A stretch of 64,000 bases of DNA from Octopus sinensis (taxonomy: Eukaryota). The notes beneath the pieces are model-generated. The model was not told where the DNA came from and did not search any database. It was given only the letters and a program-made list of their open reading frames with translations. Of this stretch, positions 60,513-64,000 are shown piece after piece (position 1 is the first letter of the stretch; each line of letters starts with the position of its first letter). The position numbers and the translations under genes were made by a program. Location of the stretch: assembly GCF_006345805.1 (NCBI RefSeq), contig NC_043000.1, positions 123,442,001 through 123,506,000 of the forward strand, read 5' to 3'.

Positions 60513-63500
60513 TCATCATCATCATCATCATCATTTAACGTCCGCCTTCCATGCTAGCATGGGTTGGACGGTTCAATGGGGTCTGGGGAGCCCGGAAAGC
60601 TGCACCAGTCCAGTCAGATCTGGCGTGTTCTACCGGGATGCCCTTCCTAACGCCAACAACTCCGAGAGTGTAGTGGGTGATTTTATGTGCCACACCGACA
60701 CAGGTGCCAGACGAGGCTGGCAAACGGCCACGCTCGGATGGTGTTTTTATGTGCCACCGACACAGGTGCAGACGAGGCTGGCAGACGGCCACGCTCGGAT
60801 GGTGTTTTTATGTGCCACCGACACAGGTGCCAGACGAGGCTGGCAGACGGCCACGCTCGGATGGGTTGTTTTATGTGCCACCGACACAGGTGCCAGAGGA
60901 GGCTGGCAGACGGCCACGCTCGGATGGTGTTTTTATGTGCCACCGACACAGGTGCCAGATGAGGCTGGCAAACGGCCACGATCGGATGGTGCTTGTTACG
61001 TGCCCACAGCACGGAGGCCAGTTGATGCGGTACTGGCTACGGCCACGTTCGGATGGTTTTCTTATGTTCCACGTGCCACCGGCACTGGTACCACAAAGAT
61101 ACAAATTCCATTGATGTTCATCTATTTTGATTTGTTTTGATTTGATTTACACTTGCCTCAACAGGTCTTCACAAGTGTCACAAGAAGGAAGGTATGCACA
61201 GGTGGACTGACTACGTCCCAGGTAGGGGCCATGGGTTATGGCCTGACTAGTCTTGCCGGGTCTTCGGATGGTGTTTTTATGTGCCACCGACACAGGTGCT
61301 AGATGAGGCTGGCGAACGGCCACGATCGGATGGTGTTTGTCATGTGCCCACAGCACGGAGGCCAGTTGATGCGGTACTGGCTACGGCCACTTCGGATGGT
61401 TTCTCTTGTGTGCCACCGGCACTGGTACCACAAAGATACAAATTCCATTGATGTTCATCTATTTTGATTTGTTTTGATTTTGATTTTGATTTTGATTTTC
61501 ACTTGCCTCAACAGGCTTCACAAGTATCACAAGAGGAAGGTATGCACAGGTGGACTGACTACGTCCCAGGTAGGGGCCATGGTTTATGGCCTGACTAGTC
61601 TTGCCGGGTCTTCGGATGGTGTTTTTATGTGCCACCGACACAGGTGCTAGATGAGGCTGGCGAACGGCCACGACCGGACGGTGTTTGTTATGTGCCCACA
61701 GCATGATGGCCAGTGTGATGCGGTACTGACTACGGCCATGTTCGGATGGATTCTTGTGTGCCACGGCACTGGTACCACAAGCGGTACTGACTACTTTTTA
61801 TGTGCCACCGACACAGGTGCTAGATGAGGCTGGCGAACGGCCACGACCGGATGGTGTTTGTTATGTGCCCACAGCATGATGGCCAGTGATGCGGGGTACT
61901 GACTACGGCCACGTTCGGATGGATTCTTGTGTGCCACCGGCACTGGTACCACAAGCGGTACTGACTACGGCCACGTTCGGATGGATTCTTGTGTGCCACC
62001 GGCACTGGTACCACAAAGATACAAATTCCATTGATGTTCATCTATTTTGATTTGTTTTGATTTGATTTTCACTTGCCTCAACAGGTCTTCACAAGTGTCA
62101 CAAGAAGGAAGTATGTACAGGTGGACTGACTACGTCCCAGGTAGGGCCCACGGGTTATGACTGACTAGTCTTGCCGGGTCTTCGGATGGTGTTTTTATGT
62201 GCCACCATGTTCCCACAGCACGGAGGCCAGTCGATGCGGTACTGGCTACGGCCACGTTCGGATGGTTTTCTTGTGTGCCACAGGCACTGGTACCACAAGG
62301 ATACAAATTCCATTGATGTTCATCTATTTTGATTGATTTTCACTTGCCTCAGCAGGTCTTCACAAGTGTCACAAGAAGGAAGGTATGCACAGTGGATCGA
62401 CTACGTCCCAGGTAGGGGCCACAGGATATGGCCTGACTAGTCCTGCCGGGTCCTCTCATGCACGCACACTTCCATAGGACTCGGTCTTCAGTCATTTCCT
62501 TGGTGAGACCTAAAGTTCGAAGGTCGTGCTTCACCACCTCGTCCCAGGTTTTCCTGGGTCTACCTCTTCCACAGGTTCCCTCAACTGCTAGGGTGTAGCA
62601 CTTTTGCACACAACTATCTTCAGCCATTCTCGTCACATGACCATACCAGCGCAGCCGTCTCTCTTGCACACCACAACTGACACTTCTTAGGTTCAACTTT
62701 TCTCTCAAAGTACTTACACTCTGACGATTATGAACACTGACATTACACATCCATCGGAGCATACTGGCTTCATTTCTTGCAAGCTTACGCATATCTCAGC
62801 TGTCACGGCCCATGTTTCACTACCATGTAGCATGGCTGTACGTACACACGCATCATATAGTCTGCCTTTTACTCTTAGCGAGAGGCCTTTGTCACCAGCA
62901 GGGGTAAGAGCTCTCTAAACTTTGCCCAGGCTATTCTTACTCTAGCAGTTACACTTTCAGCACACCCACCCCACTACTGACTTGGTCTCCTAGGTAGCGG
63001 AAGCTATCAACTACTTCTAGTTTGTCTCCCTGGAACGTGGTGTAGAAGTTGGTCTCTGCACATTTCCAGTGTTTATTTCTCCTGAGCATCTGCCACAGAC
63101 AAAAACTATTTTCTTAGTTAGCCTTCCTTTGACATTGCTGCACCTCTTATGTGTCCATAGCTTACACTTGGTGCACCTTATAGAGTTTCTACCTACACCT
63201 TTTTTACAGATCGAGCAGGGCCATCTACCTGAAGTCGTTTGTGGTTGGTCCACCTTCCTACTTATTAGGACTTTGGTTTGGCTAGGTTGATTCTAAGGCC
63301 CTTCGATTCTAATCCTTGTTTCCACACCTGAAACTTCTCCTCCAGTTCTGATAGTGACTCAGCAATTAGAGCAAGGTCATCAGCATATAGGAGCTCCCAG
63401 GGGCATCCTGTCTTAAATTCTCCGTTATTGCCTGGAGGACTATGATAAATAGGAGGGGGGAGGACTGAACTTTGGTGGACCCCAACCTCTACCCGGAATT

Positions 63501-64000
63501 CTTCACTGTACTCGTTACCAACCTCACCTTACTAGCTGCGTCTCTGTACATGGCTCGCACAGCTCTCACTAACCTAGTTTCCTCATTGACCACCAGATAA
63601 GGGATCGGGGGACCCTGTCAAAGGCTTTCTCTAAGTCAACAAAAGCCAGGTACAAGGGCTTACCTTTGGCTAGGTATTTCTCCTGCAGCTGTCTTACCAG
63701 GAATATAGCATCAGTAGTACTTTTCCCTGGCACGAACCCAAACTGCATATCATCTAAGCTAACTCTCTCTCTAATTAACTGGGCTATAACCCTCTCCGTA
63801 ACCTTCATTACCTGATCCAACAGCTTGATGCCCCTGTAGTTATTTGTATCTAGGGCATCGCCTTACCTTTGTAGCAGTTGACTATATGCTGCTACACCAG
63901 TCATGGGTATGACTCCTTCGTGTATCACTGGTTAACTATACGGGTGACTATGCTATAGCCGACACTACCAGATATTTGAGCATCTCTGCAGTAATTCTGA
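60513..64000 (-). mobile_element. Young RTE-clade LINE (3' UTR, ORF2 C-terminus and RT), running off the window edge
   Basis: QFGFVPGKSTTDAIF..FVDLEKAFDRVP (63569-63820), YADD (63376-63387), RRLRWYGHVTRM..GRGRPRKTW (62349-62792), (ATG)n tail; frameshifts present. Confidence 0.95.
60680..62450 (-). repeat. Tandem repeats in the RTE 3' UTR (~61-bp units and ~350-bp blocks)
   Basis: GTGCCACCGACACAGGTGCCAGACGAGGCTGGCAGACGGCCACGCTCGGATGGTGTTTTTAT about five times (60680-60985); block CACTTGCCTCAACAGG...CTTGCCGGGTC at ~61150, ~61500, ~62070, ~62340. Confidence 0.92.

Noticed and set aside
60418-61764. 240-aa and other repetitive ORFs; CRISPR-like appearance
   Set aside because: Units repeat end to end without unique spacers and belong to a eukaryotic RTE 3' UTR; the ORFs are repeat translations.

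Overview
AT-rich eukaryotic DNA packed with microsatellites and retroposons, most likely from an octopus. That assignment is an inference from SINE families I recall from Octopus genomes and was not checked against a database. There is no CRISPR array, rRNA or functional tRNA gene, and almost all ORFs in the supplied track are artefacts of microsatellites, SINEs or antisense reading. The window holds four main tRNA-derived SINE families (working names A-D, dozens of copies, several with target-site duplications, TSDs). LINE remnants come from four groups: L1/Tx1-like ORF1 and ORF2, RTE (including a young copy running off the right edge), BovB-like RTE and R4/Dong-like RLE. Penelope-like remnants include an RT, a GIY-YIG region and several hammerhead ribozyme motifs. 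DNA transposon remnants include a mariner, a Tc1, TTAA MITEs and an unclassified TIR element. Splice-site and frame patterns suggest two unidentified, divergently oriented spliced genes (minus strand ~30.6-36 kb; plus strand from ~37.6 kb past 56.8 kb); CpG decay in the SINEs is consistent with gene-body methylation. Most notable: a fully canonical type I hammerhead at 42133-42216, SINE multimers that move as single units with stereotyped junctions, a SINE tail shared with L1/Tx1 3' ends, a twin-priming-type inversion in an RTE copy, and a tandemly amplified RTE 3' UTR. All coordinates were read by eye; many element boundaries are approximate.
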